Shown here: piece after piece, positions 8,809-17,437 of the stretch
How the letters are laid out: every line of letters starts with the position of its first letter
Numbering within the stretch: the first letter of the stretch is position 1
Virus record (IMG/VR): IMGVR_UViG_3300037752_000040
Location: 1-62,737 of that record
Length of the DNA stretch: 62,737 nt
Origin: a virus
Direction: 5' to 3' (one strand)
Position numbers and translations under genes: made by a program
The notes under the pieces: generated by a model
Told to the model about the DNA's origin: nothing
The model's database searches: none
What the model saw: the letters and a program-made list of their open reading frames with translations, nothing else

Positions 8809-9284
8809 GCTGCGCTCTCCGTCACCTTCTCGCCTACAGGCGGGCCAAATCTCTTATCTGGCGGGATCGTAAGGACCACGCCCATTTCCGCGTACTGGCG
8901 GTAAATCTGCTCCAGATATTCAGTCTTCATCTTCGTCGTCATGATCCGGGTCACGGGCAGATCGAGAGGAACCATCATGCATGCGAGCTTTTGCTCATAC
9001 GTCAGCGGACGGATGATCGTGTCGTACAGCCTGCGGAAATCGTCGTTCTGCGCTCGCAGGATCGGGACGCCTATGGTAAGCTTGCATTCGCCGCGAGCTT
9101 CTTCCGCGGTGCGGTCACCGAGCTGCTCGGCAATCTCGTTGATCCACAAGCGCTGCAATTTGTTCTGCTCGATAGACCGGACGCCACCGCGCTCCACCTT
9201 CGCCACGAAAGGAAGCTTCTGCTGCTCGATCAGCTTGATGAGCATCTTGCGGTCCTGCTCGTCTCTGATGATGCGCGTTGTCAT
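8805..9284 (-). CDS. ninB: NinB/Orf-like recombination mediator
   Basis: 159 aa. The segment RSIEQNKLQRLWINEIAEQ resembles the lambda Orf/NinB motif (RSLDQNRKLW). Confidence 0.5.
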   Translation of the reverse strand: MTTRIIRDEQDRKMLIKLIEQQKLPFVAKVERGGVRSIEQNKLQRLWINEIAEQLGDRTAEEARGECKLTIGVPILRAQNDDFRRLYDTIIRPLTYEQKLACMMVPLDLPVTRIMTTKMKTEYLEQIYRQYAEMGVVLTIPPDKRFGPPVGEKVTESAA

Positions 9285-9886
9285 GGTTCAATGTGACTCC
9301 ACGTGCTGCCATCGGCTATGAACCAGATAGTTCCCGGCCTGACGCCAAATTGATCCGCTATAGCTTTCTTGGACACGCCTTCTCTAAGTAATTCCTTGAT
9401 TTGTTTTACTTTTTCATCGGTCAACTTTGCAGATGGGGATGCTTCTCCTTTTCCGGTCTTCGGCAGCGGAGCAAGGCCAGTTCTGAAGGCGTGCGCCATG
9501 TTTTCCTGGTGAGTGCACCACTCAAGATTTTCCAAAGAAAAGTTTTTCCTGTTGCCGTCTTTGTGGTTTATTTCCGGCTTGTTATCGGGATTGGGAATGA
9601 ATATTCTGGCTAACGTTTTGTGAACAAAGAGGTAGTTGCGTTTGCCATCCACCTTCACGCTGAACATAGGATATCCAAGAGGCGATTGAGTTTTTAAATA
9701 CCGTACGGGCAGAAGTCTCTTCCCCCCACATATTGGGCTGTTGACCCAACGTGGCTTGGTTCTAATCTGGCCCATGAGGTTGATTTCGTAATAATCTTCG
9801 AAATCTGGCACGGGATGAAATTCATCCATGCTCCGCTGATAGTGGTCTTCTATGAAGCGGGTGATCTGTTTGGTGGGCTTGGTCAT
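9281..9886 (-). CDS. HNH homing endonuclease (NUMOD4-like N-terminus, HNH_3-like core, C-terminal HTH)
   Basis: Signature EINHKDGNRKNFSLENLEWCTHQENMAHA. AT-rich island relative to its flanks. Confidence 0.75.
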   Translation of the reverse strand: MTKPTKQITRFIEDHYQRSMDEFHPVPDFEDYYEINLMGQIRTKPRWVNSPICGGKRLLPVRYLKTQSPLGYPMFSVKVDGKRNYLFVHKTLARIFIPNPDNKPEINHKDGNRKNFSLENLEWCTHQENMAHAFRTGLAPLPKTGKGEASPSAKLTDEKVKQIKELLREGVSKKAIADQFGVRPGTIWFIADGSTWSHIEP

Positions 9887-10095
9887 TCCGCCACCTCTTC
9901 AAGGCTATCCTTCGGCACCGTGAAAAAAGGATAGTCACCATCTGGCCTCATCGTTACGGAGATGTGCGGCGTCCCTGTCATTCTGGTGTCGTCGCGTGCG
10001 AGTCCGTAGTCATGCTTTGCGCACGCGTACACGATGGTGCCAGCGGTTGCCTTGGGCTCAGTGGTGGCGTCTTTCTTCATGCGGTAGCGGGTCAT
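9883..10095 (-). CDS. hypothetical protein
   Basis: The ATG at 10095 (MTRYRMKKD) overlaps the upstream TGA (TGATG). Confidence 0.45.
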   Translation of the reverse strand: MTRYRMKKDATTEPKATAGTIVYACAKHDYGLARDDTRMTGTPHISVTMRPDGDYPFFTVPKDSLEEVAE

Positions 10096-10337
10096 CAGAC
10101 TTTCCTCATGCTCATTCCGGGCTTCGCATCGCGAACGAGCGTTATGAACTCGTCGCGTTCCTCGTCCGAGGTGAAGTAGAGGCAAAGCGGCAGCGTCTCT
10201 TCCAAGCGGCTATCGGCGGCCCGTCCTTGCTCGGAGATCACGAACTCCAGTAGCGTATCGACAGGGCTGTTCTGACGAAGCATTCCGTCCATCGCCATCT
10301 TGTCCAAAACCTTCTTGCATCGGTCTCGCAGGCTCAT
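10095..10337 (-). CDS. hypothetical protein
   Basis: 80-aa ORF coupled to RecT-like 10334..11257. Confidence 0.45.
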   Translation of the reverse strand: MSLRDRCKKVLDKMAMDGMLRQNSPVDTLLEFVISEQGRAADSRLEETLPLCLYFTSDEERDEFITLVRDAKPGMSMRKV

Positions 10338-11257
10338 GCCGCTTCCTCCCCTATAGCGTCATGACCGGCGAGCCGCGCCTCGTGCTTCTTGTAGATGTCG
10401 AGCGCTGCATCCCGCTGGTTCCTGTCGAGATGGTCTTCCATCGTCGCTTCGCTATGGGTCCAGCATTCGCCGAGCGCTTCAGTATCCTGGCAGGCGCAAA
10501 GCTCATCTTCGAGGTTCGCCATGAATGCGGGGACGTTGAACTCTGCCGGCGTCTGATCGATGATTGCCGGTGGTTCTGGCGGTGCAGGAGGCATCGGCGG
10601 GGCCGGTGGCTCGGCTGTGACGTGCGGAGTGATGTCACGGACTTCGCGATCTTCCTCGACTTCCTCGCGCAGATACATGCCTCTCAGCACATCCGGTACG
10701 GCGTCACGCGAACAGAAGCCGCGAGCGCGCATTTGCAGCATGCGCTCGTCGTATTTGAACCACGGGTTATCGTTCGGCTTGTTTTCCTTTTTCTTGTCGT
10801 ACTTGTTCCAGCGCTCGACGGTTTCGCGCGTATCCCAGAGGCCAGCCTTGATAGCCTGCTTGACGGAAAACTTGCGTTCAACGACCTTGCCATTATCACC
10901 GCGCTTGATCTTGCAGTGCGCAATGCGGGCGTCGCCTTCGCCTTCGATCCATTCGTCGATTTCATGGCCGTTTGACCAGATCATCGCCGGGACAAGATCG
11001 CCCCAGATCGTGCAGCGCCCATTGATGACGGCAATCTGCTGGACGGCTTGCATCGGCGGGATGCCGCATTCGAGACCCTGCATGATTGCCATAGTGGCTT
11101 GGGCGATAGATTTCGCTTCTCCGTCGGCTTCTTTTGCCGGGAACATGCCGGCCATGACGCACAGCTTGGCGATCCGCGCCACGTCATCGAACGATGTCGG
11201 CATGATCGGCGTAAGCTTACCGCCAGCGGGAATTGTCAGTACGCGTTGTTCAGTCAT
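10334..11257 (-). CDS. recT: RecT-family single-strand annealing protein
   Basis: 307 aa. The segments GIPPMQAVQQIAVINGRCTIWGD and NPWFKYDERMLQMRARGFCSRDAVPDVLRG fit RecT-like conserved blocks. Confidence 0.6.
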   Translation of the reverse strand: MTEQRVLTIPAGGKLTPIMPTSFDDVARIAKLCVMAGMFPAKEADGEAKSIAQATMAIMQGLECGIPPMQAVQQIAVINGRCTIWGDLVPAMIWSNGHEIDEWIEGEGDARIAHCKIKRGDNGKVVERKFSVKQAIKAGLWDTRETVERWNKYDKKKENKPNDNPWFKYDERMLQMRARGFCSRDAVPDVLRGMYLREEVEEDREVRDITPHVTAEPPAPPMPPAPPEPPAIIDQTPAEFNVPAFMANLEDELCACQDTEALGECWTHSEATMEDHLDRNQRDAALDIYKKHEARLAGHDAIGEEAA

Positions 11258-12234
11258 GCTGCATACTTCTCTTCTTTGAAGGTTACGCCGGGGACGGGCT
11301 TCCGCGTCCGGCTACGGGCTTCCGCATTGCAGAGACGCTCCACAGCAGTCCTGACATCCGGGTGATCTGCGAAGTGATCCAGCGCGGCGCGGTAGTCCGC
11401 AATCTCGGCAACATGCCGCGTCTTGAACCCTGTAGCCCGCCCAAGCTGGCCACCGACGCGGATCGGGCGCGGCGCTTCCGGCTCCGGGATCGGTGCGGGC
11501 GGCGGCTCCAGCGCGGCAAGTGCGATGTCCTGATCTTCCAGCGCGCGGCGTTCGGCTTCCTGCCGCATGCGCAGTTCCTCGGCGGCTTTCCGCTCGGCGG
11601 CGATGCGTTTCTGTTCTTCGGCTTCCTTCCGGCGCATGAAGCGTGTGAGCGCATCGCGGAGCAGGTTTGCAGCTCGCTCTGCCGTATCGACGATCGTCTT
11701 GTACTTGGCGTCGATTTCCTTGACCTGTCTGGCGAGCGGGTCTTTCTCTTCCTTTCGTCGAGAGTCGGCGGCCTTCTTCAGCTTGTTGAGGCTGTCGCGA
11801 TAGTTCGCGGCCGTGCTTGCGTCTCTTTCTGATTGAAAATCCTGAATCTGGCGCAGCCAATTTAGGGCTTGCTCTGCCTGATCGTTGATGTTCTCTTTCA
11901 GGAGGTCGAATTCATCCGGCGGCGCATTGTCGCCAATCCCGGCGACTTCGCCCGGCCACAGTCCCGTCTGGCGGAATTCGTCGTAAGCCTCTTTCGTGAC
12001 TGGACTTTGCCACGTGAAGTTCCACCGCTGCGCGAATTTCTCCGGCTCGACAAGCGTGTTATTGACCAGTATTTTCAGGTCTTCACCGTCTTTCCAGATC
12101 GCGACGGCTGACCACGATTTGTCCCGGTTCTTCGTGCGCCAGAAACCGCATTCGAACTTGCCGTCCTGCATCGGATAGGGGTAATCTTCCTTGAGCGCGC
12201 CGCGCCAGAAGATGTAATTGTCAGCTTGCGTCAC
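11254..12234 (-). CDS. hypothetical protein with central coiled coil
   Basis: 326-aa ORF, ATGA-coupled to the RecT-like gene. No nuclease motif seen. Confidence 0.55.
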   Translation of the reverse strand: MTQADNYIFWRGALKEDYPYPMQDGKFECGFWRTKNRDKSWSAVAIWKDGEDLKILVNNTLVEPEKFAQRWNFTWQSPVTKEAYDEFRQTGLWPGEVAGIGDNAPPDEFDLLKENINDQAEQALNWLRQIQDFQSERDASTAANYRDSLNKLKKAADSRRKEEKDPLARQVKEIDAKYKTIVDTAERAANLLRDALTRFMRRKEAEEQKRIAAERKAAEELRMRQEAERRALEDQDIALAALEPPPAPIPEPEAPRPIRVGGQLGRATGFKTRHVAEIADYRAALDHFADHPDVRTAVERLCNAEARSRTRKPVPGVTFKEEKYAA

Positions 12235-12521
12235 GACTGCTTCCTCTCTTTGATCAGTTCCCGAAGCTCCTTAAGCTCCTCCGGCGTCATGTGAAGGATC
12301 TCCATCAGGAAATCGTCACGGCCTTCAGCGTCTTCTGCGCGCTTCTCTGCTATGCGGAGACGGGCTTCTAGATCGGTGATCTGTGCGGCTTGGGCTTCTA
12401 GGGTTTTCCCGATCGTGAATAAGAGATCCCACTTTACGCTCACGTAGTCCTCGCGGACTTCGCCCTCTTCATCCGCAGTCAGATGGAAAACCTTTTTGAT
12501 GAGTTCCGAAACGTCGGTCAT
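12231..12521 (-). CDS. hypothetical coiled-coil protein
   Basis: 96-aa ORF. Confidence 0.45.
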   Translation of the reverse strand: MTDVSELIKKVFHLTADEEGEVREDYVSVKWDLLFTIGKTLEAQAAQITDLEARLRIAEKRAEDAEGRDDFLMEILHMTPEELKELRELIKERKQS

Positions 12522-12973
12522 GCTCCGCTCCCTTCAAGCTTGGTACGGGCGTTAGCCAGTTGGTCTTTGCTAAAAAGAATCCGATCAGCGGAAAGCAGTC
12601 CGTGCATCGGCTGCTCCGATGGCATGTGTTCCAATTTCTTATGAGCTTCCGCAAAAGGCTTCAGCGCTTCCCGCAGTTCTGCTATCTCCTTGAGCAATGA
12701 AAGGATCGCGTTCGGATCAGCGGTCTCGATGAATTCCGCCATCGCCCAATTGTGACCCGTCCATTCTTCATCGGTGAACTGATCTTCGACGCCGGCGAAA
12801 CTCACGTCTTGAAAGTCGCAGACTGCCAGTCCCTTATGAGGATCAGGGCTGCCGGATATGATCCAGGTTTCCTGATCCTTGCCGAGCCAAGGCGATGTTA
12901 CGGCGTACCAGTCGCGGTCCCTCGGGGGGATGGCTTCGATCTTGGCGCGTAGCCGCTCTATGAGGTCGGTCAC
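12518..12973 (-). CDS. hypothetical protein
   Basis: 151-aa ORF. Confidence 0.5.
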   Translation of the reverse strand: MTDLIERLRAKIEAIPPRDRDWYAVTSPWLGKDQETWIISGSPDPHKGLAVCDFQDVSFAGVEDQFTDEEWTGHNWAMAEFIETADPNAILSLLKEIAELREALKPFAEAHKKLEHMPSEQPMHGLLSADRILFSKDQLANARTKLEGSGA

Positions 12974-13338
12974 TCGACGATCCCTTCAGCTATCCGGTAG
13001 GTTTTGCTATGGCGGTCATAAGCCAGCGCGCTCGTCCGCTTCTGGATCACGCTGATGTCTATCGATGCTTGCGGGACGCTGACTTCCCCGATACGCTGAA
13101 TGTCGGCTCTGTTGAGCGTGCCGGTTGAAAGCAGATGCTTCATTGCGGCGGCGATGCGCGTCCGCTGCGCCAATCGCAGCCCGCGCCATGTGTTCGAGTT
13201 AGGGTCCGTCCAATCGGGCTGGGTGCTCTCGATCCGGTCGCCTGCGTTCTGCTGTGCGTGCAGACGGTTGAACTTCTCAACGTCGATCATGTCGAACCTG
13301 CGTAGGGTGTAGATGTTTATGCGGTCGAGGACTGTCAT
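12970..13338 (-). CDS. hypothetical protein (possible winged-helix C-terminus)
   Basis: The ATG at 13338 (MTVLDRINIY) forms an ATGA overlap with the upstream stop. Confidence 0.45.
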   Translation of the reverse strand: MTVLDRINIYTLRRFDMIDVEKFNRLHAQQNAGDRIESTQPDWTDPNSNTWRGLRLAQRTRIAAAMKHLLSTGTLNRADIQRIGEVSVPQASIDISVIQKRTSALAYDRHSKTYRIAEGIVE

Positions 13339-13568
13339 GCCTGCGCCATCTTCCTGTTCTGCCGGTTCATGCGTTGCACCTGCCTGCAAACTCTGATCTG
13401 ATAGCTGGTGATATCGTCGATCTGTTCATCGGTGAGCCAGTCCGACCCGTGCTGAGCGAGCATTTCCATGACCGCTTGACGGAGCGCGACTAACCCGTAG
13501 TCAGCCATGAACTTGAGCTTGCGTTCGCGTGTCGCTGAAATCCGTGGTCCTGCCATTGCGTTCATCAT
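13335..13568 (-). CDS. hypothetical protein
   Basis: 77-aa ORF. Confidence 0.45.
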   Translation of the reverse strand: MMNAMAGPRISATRERKLKFMADYGLVALRQAVMEMLAQHGSDWLTDEQIDDITSYQIRVCRQVQRMNRQNRKMAQA

Positions 13569-13825
13569 GTGCGCTCCGCTAGTTCCACTGACTCAGATTC
13601 ATCAACTCCATGAAGGTCCACGAACCTCCCCTGCTCGGTAACTCTGAGCCGTTTCTTGTTGTATTTTTCAGCAAGGCCAGCTTTAATGAGAGCGTTCCAA
13701 GTCGATCGCATGACGCCCGCGCGTTCGCCTGCTGCGGTCAGCACGCCGTTTCTGTCGAACAGGCCGTCGCCGGTATGATTGATCAGCCACTTCAGGGCGC
13801 TTTTCTGGTTCGCTGTTAAACTCAT
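13565..13825 (-). CDS. hypothetical protein
   Basis: 86-aa ORF. Confidence 0.45.
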   Translation of the reverse strand: MSLTANQKSALKWLINHTGDGLFDRNGVLTAAGERAGVMRSTWNALIKAGLAEKYNKKRLRVTEQGRFVDLHGVDESESVELAERT

Positions 13826-14163
13826 ATCCGTGCCCCCGCATCGACATGCGTTGACCCAGCATCACCGCCAGCAGGACGCCTGCTTTCATCCGTAGCGCCG
13901 CCCTGTTCTTCCGCCCATTCGCACCAGTCGCGATCAGCAACAAGAATGAGCTTGGCTTCGTCGAACCTGTCGCCGGTGAGCGTTTCGGTGAACGTCACGT
14001 GCTCAGAGCCGACGCGGACGCTGAGAATTTCGAAATCTCCCGGCATCATTCCCGGCGCGACATCCGCATACAGATCACAGGGGAACATCCCGCCCTTGTC
14101 GCTGATTGTGTAGCCGGTGCCGTCGAGAGAAATGTAGGCCTCTACTGAGGGTATGGTCATCAC
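13822..14163 (-). CDS. hypothetical protein
   Basis: 113-aa ORF. Confidence 0.45.
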   Translation of the reverse strand: MMTIPSVEAYISLDGTGYTISDKGGMFPCDLYADVAPGMMPGDFEILSVRVGSEHVTFTETLTGDRFDEAKLILVADRDWCEWAEEQGGATDESRRPAGGDAGSTHVDAGARI

Positions 14164-14723
14164 ACGGCCTCATCTGTCTTGTGAAATTGAAGAACGGCGG
14201 CGGAGGCTTCCATATTTTCCGAACATGAGATCTCCGCCGCCGCTTCCTCTGCCCCAAGGCCACCCCGTTCGGTGAGGCAAAGAAGCTTCCAGTGCATAAT
14301 GTCTTGTTCTAGATGACTGTTTTCAGCCATGAGAGCTTCGTTAAGCTCCCTGCGTCGTTCACAAAGACGCCAGAGTGCGCTATCGTTGATTTCCTTGATG
14401 CGCTCGTCGCGCTCGGTGATCTTGTCGCGGAAGCTGATGACGCCGGTCATCGCCGCAGCATAAAAGCCGATGCTGCAGGCCGTGGTCGTGATCATCCAGA
14501 ATGGGCCATGCTCCGCCGCCAGGGCGAAGACGAGAGCTGACGGGATCGCTCCGCAACCGGCGATGCCGATGACTTCCAGATCGTTGCCATGCTTCTCGAT
14601 GAAGCGGTTATAGGCACGGGCCAGCCAAGTGTTGTTCCCGTCTTCTTGTGGCTGGCCCGCGTACTGCTCCTGAGAGGAGTCCATGGAGGAGATAGCTTCA
14701 ACTCTCGGTGCAGAAAAACTCAT
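14160..14723 (-). CDS. membrane protein, first gene of the leftward early operon
   Basis: The ATG at 14723 (MSFSAPRV) is chosen because the 14834 start lies upstream of the predicted PL -10 box. Two hydrophobic helices (IGIAGCGAIPSALVFALAA and WMITTTACSIGFYAAAMTGVI). Confidence 0.5.
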   Translation of the reverse strand: MSFSAPRVEAISSMDSSQEQYAGQPQEDGNNTWLARAYNRFIEKHGNDLEVIGIAGCGAIPSALVFALAAEHGPFWMITTTACSIGFYAAAMTGVISFRDKITERDERIKEINDSALWRLCERRRELNEALMAENSHLEQDIMHWKLLCLTERGGLGAEEAAAEISCSENMEASAAVLQFHKTDEAV

Positions 14724-14824
14724 TGGCTTGACCCTTTTGCCCTGAAGGCCCAGACCTCGCTTTATGGGCAAGGCCTGGGGTTTGGAGTTCGGCGGCGACT
14801 GGGGGGAAGCCTGCCGATAGGGAC

Positions 14825-14876
14825 ATATTGCCAAATAGGCAAAAAACAGTCAATGAGAAATTTGCCAAATAGGCAA
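14825..14876 (-). promoter_or_regulatory. PL-like promoter with two operator palindromes
   Basis: On the minus strand: TTGACT (14848-14853), a 17-nt spacer, then CAATAT (14825-14830). Palindrome TTGCCAAATAGGCAA occurs at 14828-14842 (in the spacer and -10 box) and again at 14862-14876. Confidence 0.6.
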
Positions 14877-14918
14877 CATTTCAGACATGACTAAAAAGCT
14901 GTGGTAATTTTGGCGCAG

Positions 14919-15527
14919 TTAGGAGCGACCTACCCAGCGTACTGGAATGGCGCGCTTGATCTCCACATCATAGACTGGAGGCGCATTGAATGAGGTGAGG
15001 TGGTAAAGATTTGGTCCGCTACCGCGTACGATCGTTTTAATAAAGGTAAGATCGTTAGTAAGTGTTATTACGCACTCCTTGCCGATCAAATCTTCGGGAG
15101 CGCTTTTATCTCTCAAATCGAATGTAATAACATCGCCGTCATCGTAACGGGGATACAGATGGTTGCCAACGACAAGAGCCGCCTCGACTTCGCCAAGCGC
15201 AGCCGGGACAGTTGTCGTCAACCTTTGACCATTCTTCTCGCTATTGTGTACGAGTTGAACTTCGTGGTTCTGAGATATTATACATGTAATATCAGTTTCG
15301 AGCCAAGCTTTAGCAGAGTCGATTAACTCACTCGGTTTGACTCCCAACGCAGAAGCAATCCTGGGCATTATCCGTCCATTTAATGGCTGTTTCCCCGCCT
15401 CCAATTTACTTAGATAGCCAACAGATAACTCTGTCAACTCTGCTAGTTTTTCGAGTGTCATCTTCGGAACCTTAGCTTCGCGTATTTCGCGGATTCGGTT
15501 CGGGAATTTTTTCTGCGCTTTAGCCAT
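14919..15527 (-). CDS. CI-like repressor (XRE HTH plus S24/LexA-like C-terminal domain)
   Basis: 202 aa. N-terminal HTH (MTLEKLAELTELSVGYLSKLEAGK). It is divergent from a Cro-like gene and flanked by the operator palindromes. Confidence 0.75.
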   Translation of the reverse strand: MAKAQKKFPNRIREIREAKVPKMTLEKLAELTELSVGYLSKLEAGKQPLNGRIMPRIASALGVKPSELIDSAKAWLETDITCIISQNHEVQLVHNSEKNGQRLTTTVPAALGEVEAALVVGNHLYPRYDDGDVITFDLRDKSAPEDLIGKECVITLTNDLTFIKTIVRGSGPNLYHLTSFNAPPVYDVEIKRAIPVRWVGRS

Positions 15528-15584
15528 AGCGTCTTTTTATCCAAACCGATATGTCACACCAGACACAAATAGGAAAATTTTGCC

Positions 15585-15613
15585 TTGACGGAAACTTTCC
15601 AAATAGGCAAGAT
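15585..15613 (+). promoter_or_regulatory. PR-like promoter with operator in the spacer
   Basis: TTGACG (15585-15590), a 17-nt spacer, then CAAGAT (15608-15613). Operator variant TTTCCAAATAGGCAA at 15596-15610. The Cro-like ATG at 15621 would make the transcript nearly leaderless. Confidence 0.5.
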
Positions 15614-15620
15614 AGGACGC

Positions 15621-15854
15621 ATGAATATAGGTTCTCGTAAATTGGCGGCATGGCTCGAACGTGAGGGGATTAGAATGTACGTCTTCGCGGCTCGTGTCGG
15701 CGTTGGGCCATCAACCGTCACCCGGTTACTGAACGGCGACCGAAAACCGGGCTTGGAGTTGGCTGGACGCATCTTTGCTGAAACCAACGGCGATGTCACC
15801 CAGAACGATTGGATAATCCCAATCAACGAGCCATCCGAGCACGCCGCCGCCTGA
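15621..15854 (+). CDS. Cro-like HTH regulator
   Basis: The ATG at 15621 (MNIGSRKLAAWLEREGIRMYVFAARVGVGPSTVTRLLNG) gives an HTH protein divergent from the repressor. Confidence 0.6.
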   Translation: MNIGSRKLAAWLEREGIRMYVFAARVGVGPSTVTRLLNGDRKPGLELAGRIFAETNGDVTQNDWIIPINEPSEHAAA

Positions 15855-16117
15855 GTTCCCGAGTTTACCGACCGCCCCTCCTTACGGGCGACTGTACAGA
15901 GGGCGTCCGTTGCAAATGTCCAATGCGCGTTAGCGTTCAAGCGGTGGGTGGTCGCGTGCTCCGGCATGCATATTTACGCCGCTAATTGGGTAGCCCCTCG
16001 CGAGTTTCGTATGCGTCGCGTTTGTAGAGTGCGGCTCGTATCGCGTCGCCGGGAGTATCTCCTCTATGCCCAAAAGGCCGGTTTCCTCCCCCGGAGACCG
16101 GCCGCCTCTAAGACGGA

Positions 16118-16648
16118 ATGGTGACGATGGCCGCGCCGAAATGGACCGAAGCTGAAGATACGATGCTCCGAGATTTGACTGCAAAAGGATTTTCCTCTGC
16201 CCGCATCGCGCAGAGGTTACTGGACCGAGGCCGCAATGCGATCATCGGACGCCAGCACCGTCTTGGCTTGAAGGGTGGCCCGAAAAGCGGACCGAAGCCC
16301 CGCGCCAATGCGCCGTCCAGCATGCCCCTGAAACCACCGCGAGACCATCGCGACCACGCAACCATCAACGTCGCCAGATTGAACAGGCTTCGTGCAGAGA
16401 TGGAAGCCCCGGCGCCGGAACCGAAGCAGACGCCCGACGGCGCCCCGGTTCCGCTGATGATCACGCTGCTGGATCTCACCGATCAGATGTGCAGGTGGCC
16501 TGTCAATTCCCCGGAACGTGGCGGTGAATTCCTTTTCTGCGCTCACGAGAAAGGCCGCGGCTCACCCTATTGCAGCTTTCATGAGCGGATCGCATGGACC
16601 GGTCGCCCTGTTTCGCGCGCTACTCGCCCGACCAGGAGAGCAGCATGA
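16118..16648 (+). CDS. GcrA-like cell-cycle regulator homologue
   Basis: N-terminal WTEAEDTMLRDLTAKGFSSARIAQRL...RNAIIGRQHRLGL and C-terminal CRWPVN...FLFCAHEKGRGSPYCSFH match the two conserved GcrA blocks. Confidence 0.75.
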   Translation: MVTMAAPKWTEAEDTMLRDLTAKGFSSARIAQRLLDRGRNAIIGRQHRLGLKGGPKSGPKPRANAPSSMPLKPPRDHRDHATINVARLNRLRAEMEAPAPEPKQTPDGAPVPLMITLLDLTDQMCRWPVNSPERGGEFLFCAHEKGRGSPYCSFHERIAWTGRPVSRATRPTRRAA

Positions 16649-16842
16649 CCACCGATCGGCGATTGTTCAACCTGAAACACATGCTGCGCGGCAACGAGCG
16701 GGATGAAGCCCTCCGTTTATGGAACGAAGGCAACGACACCAAGCAGATTGCCTCGCTCATGGATGCGACGGAAGCGGCTGTCTATAACGGACTGCATGAG
16801 CTTCGTGGTCCGCGCAAAAGGCGCGTGAGGATCGCAGCATGA
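16645..16842 (+). CDS. small HTH protein
   Basis: The ATG at 16645 forms an ATGA overlap with the GcrA-like stop. HTH-like segment NDTKQIASLMDATEAAVYNGLHEL. Confidence 0.45.
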   Translation: MTTDRRLFNLKHMLRGNERDEALRLWNEGNDTKQIASLMDATEAAVYNGLHELRGPRKRRVRIAA

Positions 16843-17252
16843 AGAACTCCTTCGACAGGATCATCACGTCCACGCCGGTCAACAAGACCGCAGCTATCGT
16901 CACACATGGCAAAGGCGAAAATTGGGAAGCGAGACCCGGCAAATATAATGTCCACTCTGCCGAGCCGATCAAGACAAAGCCGATGCCAACGCATGACCCC
17001 AATTTCAAGGATTTGACCGGGATTGAAATCGGGCGGCTCAAGGTCATCGGTTATTACGGCACGGGAGGCAAGGGCAAGGCAGTCCGAGCACGTTGGGTCG
17101 TGCGCTGCAAATGCGGCGCACACGAGCTTCGGACCAGCACCGCGATCAAGAAATACGATCCCGAGAAGGTCGAGCGTCCGGCCATGTGTAGCGCTTGCAA
17201 TTACGCCCAGAAGATCACGCGACCTGAATATCAGAAGGGAGTTTGGGCATGA
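16839..17252 (+). CDS. hypothetical Cys-rich protein
   Basis: 137 aa with RWVVRCKCGAHELRT...CSAC, a pattern common in the N-terminal domains of phage endonuclease-associated proteins. Confidence 0.5.
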   Translation: MKNSFDRIITSTPVNKTAAIVTHGKGENWEARPGKYNVHSAEPIKTKPMPTHDPNFKDLTGIEIGRLKVIGYYGTGGKGKAVRARWVVRCKCGAHELRTSTAIKKYDPEKVERPAMCSACNYAQKITRPEYQKGVWA

Positions 17253-17437
17253 AAAAGCTCCCCCCAAACGCAGAGCGCGTCGACCTAGACGGCACGCCGT
17301 TTATCAAACACACAGACCCGGTTTCGGGAAGAGTTCGGTTTCAGGTCGACCATGCAACGGCACTCGCCCGTAAGCCTGTCTGCGCTCGCTACGCGAAGAA
17401 TAAAACGCGGGTCGCCAAGCGCGGGGAGGTCGTATGA
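17243..17437 (+). CDS. hypothetical protein
   Basis: 64-aa ORF coupled on both sides. Confidence 0.4.
   Translation: MGMKKLPPNAERVDLDGTPFIKHTDPVSGRVRFQVDHATALARKPVCARYAKNKTRVAKRGEVV

Noticed and set aside
14160-14834. The long 224-aa version of the first leftward gene (start at 14834).
   Set aside because: That start lies upstream of the predicted PL -10 box and inside the operator palindrome. The ATG at 14723 is used instead.
15554-15967. The 137-aa minus-strand ORF spanning the Cro-like gene and PR region.
   Set aside because: It is antisense to the HTH Cro-like gene and runs through the operator and promoter. Its composition is not protein-like.
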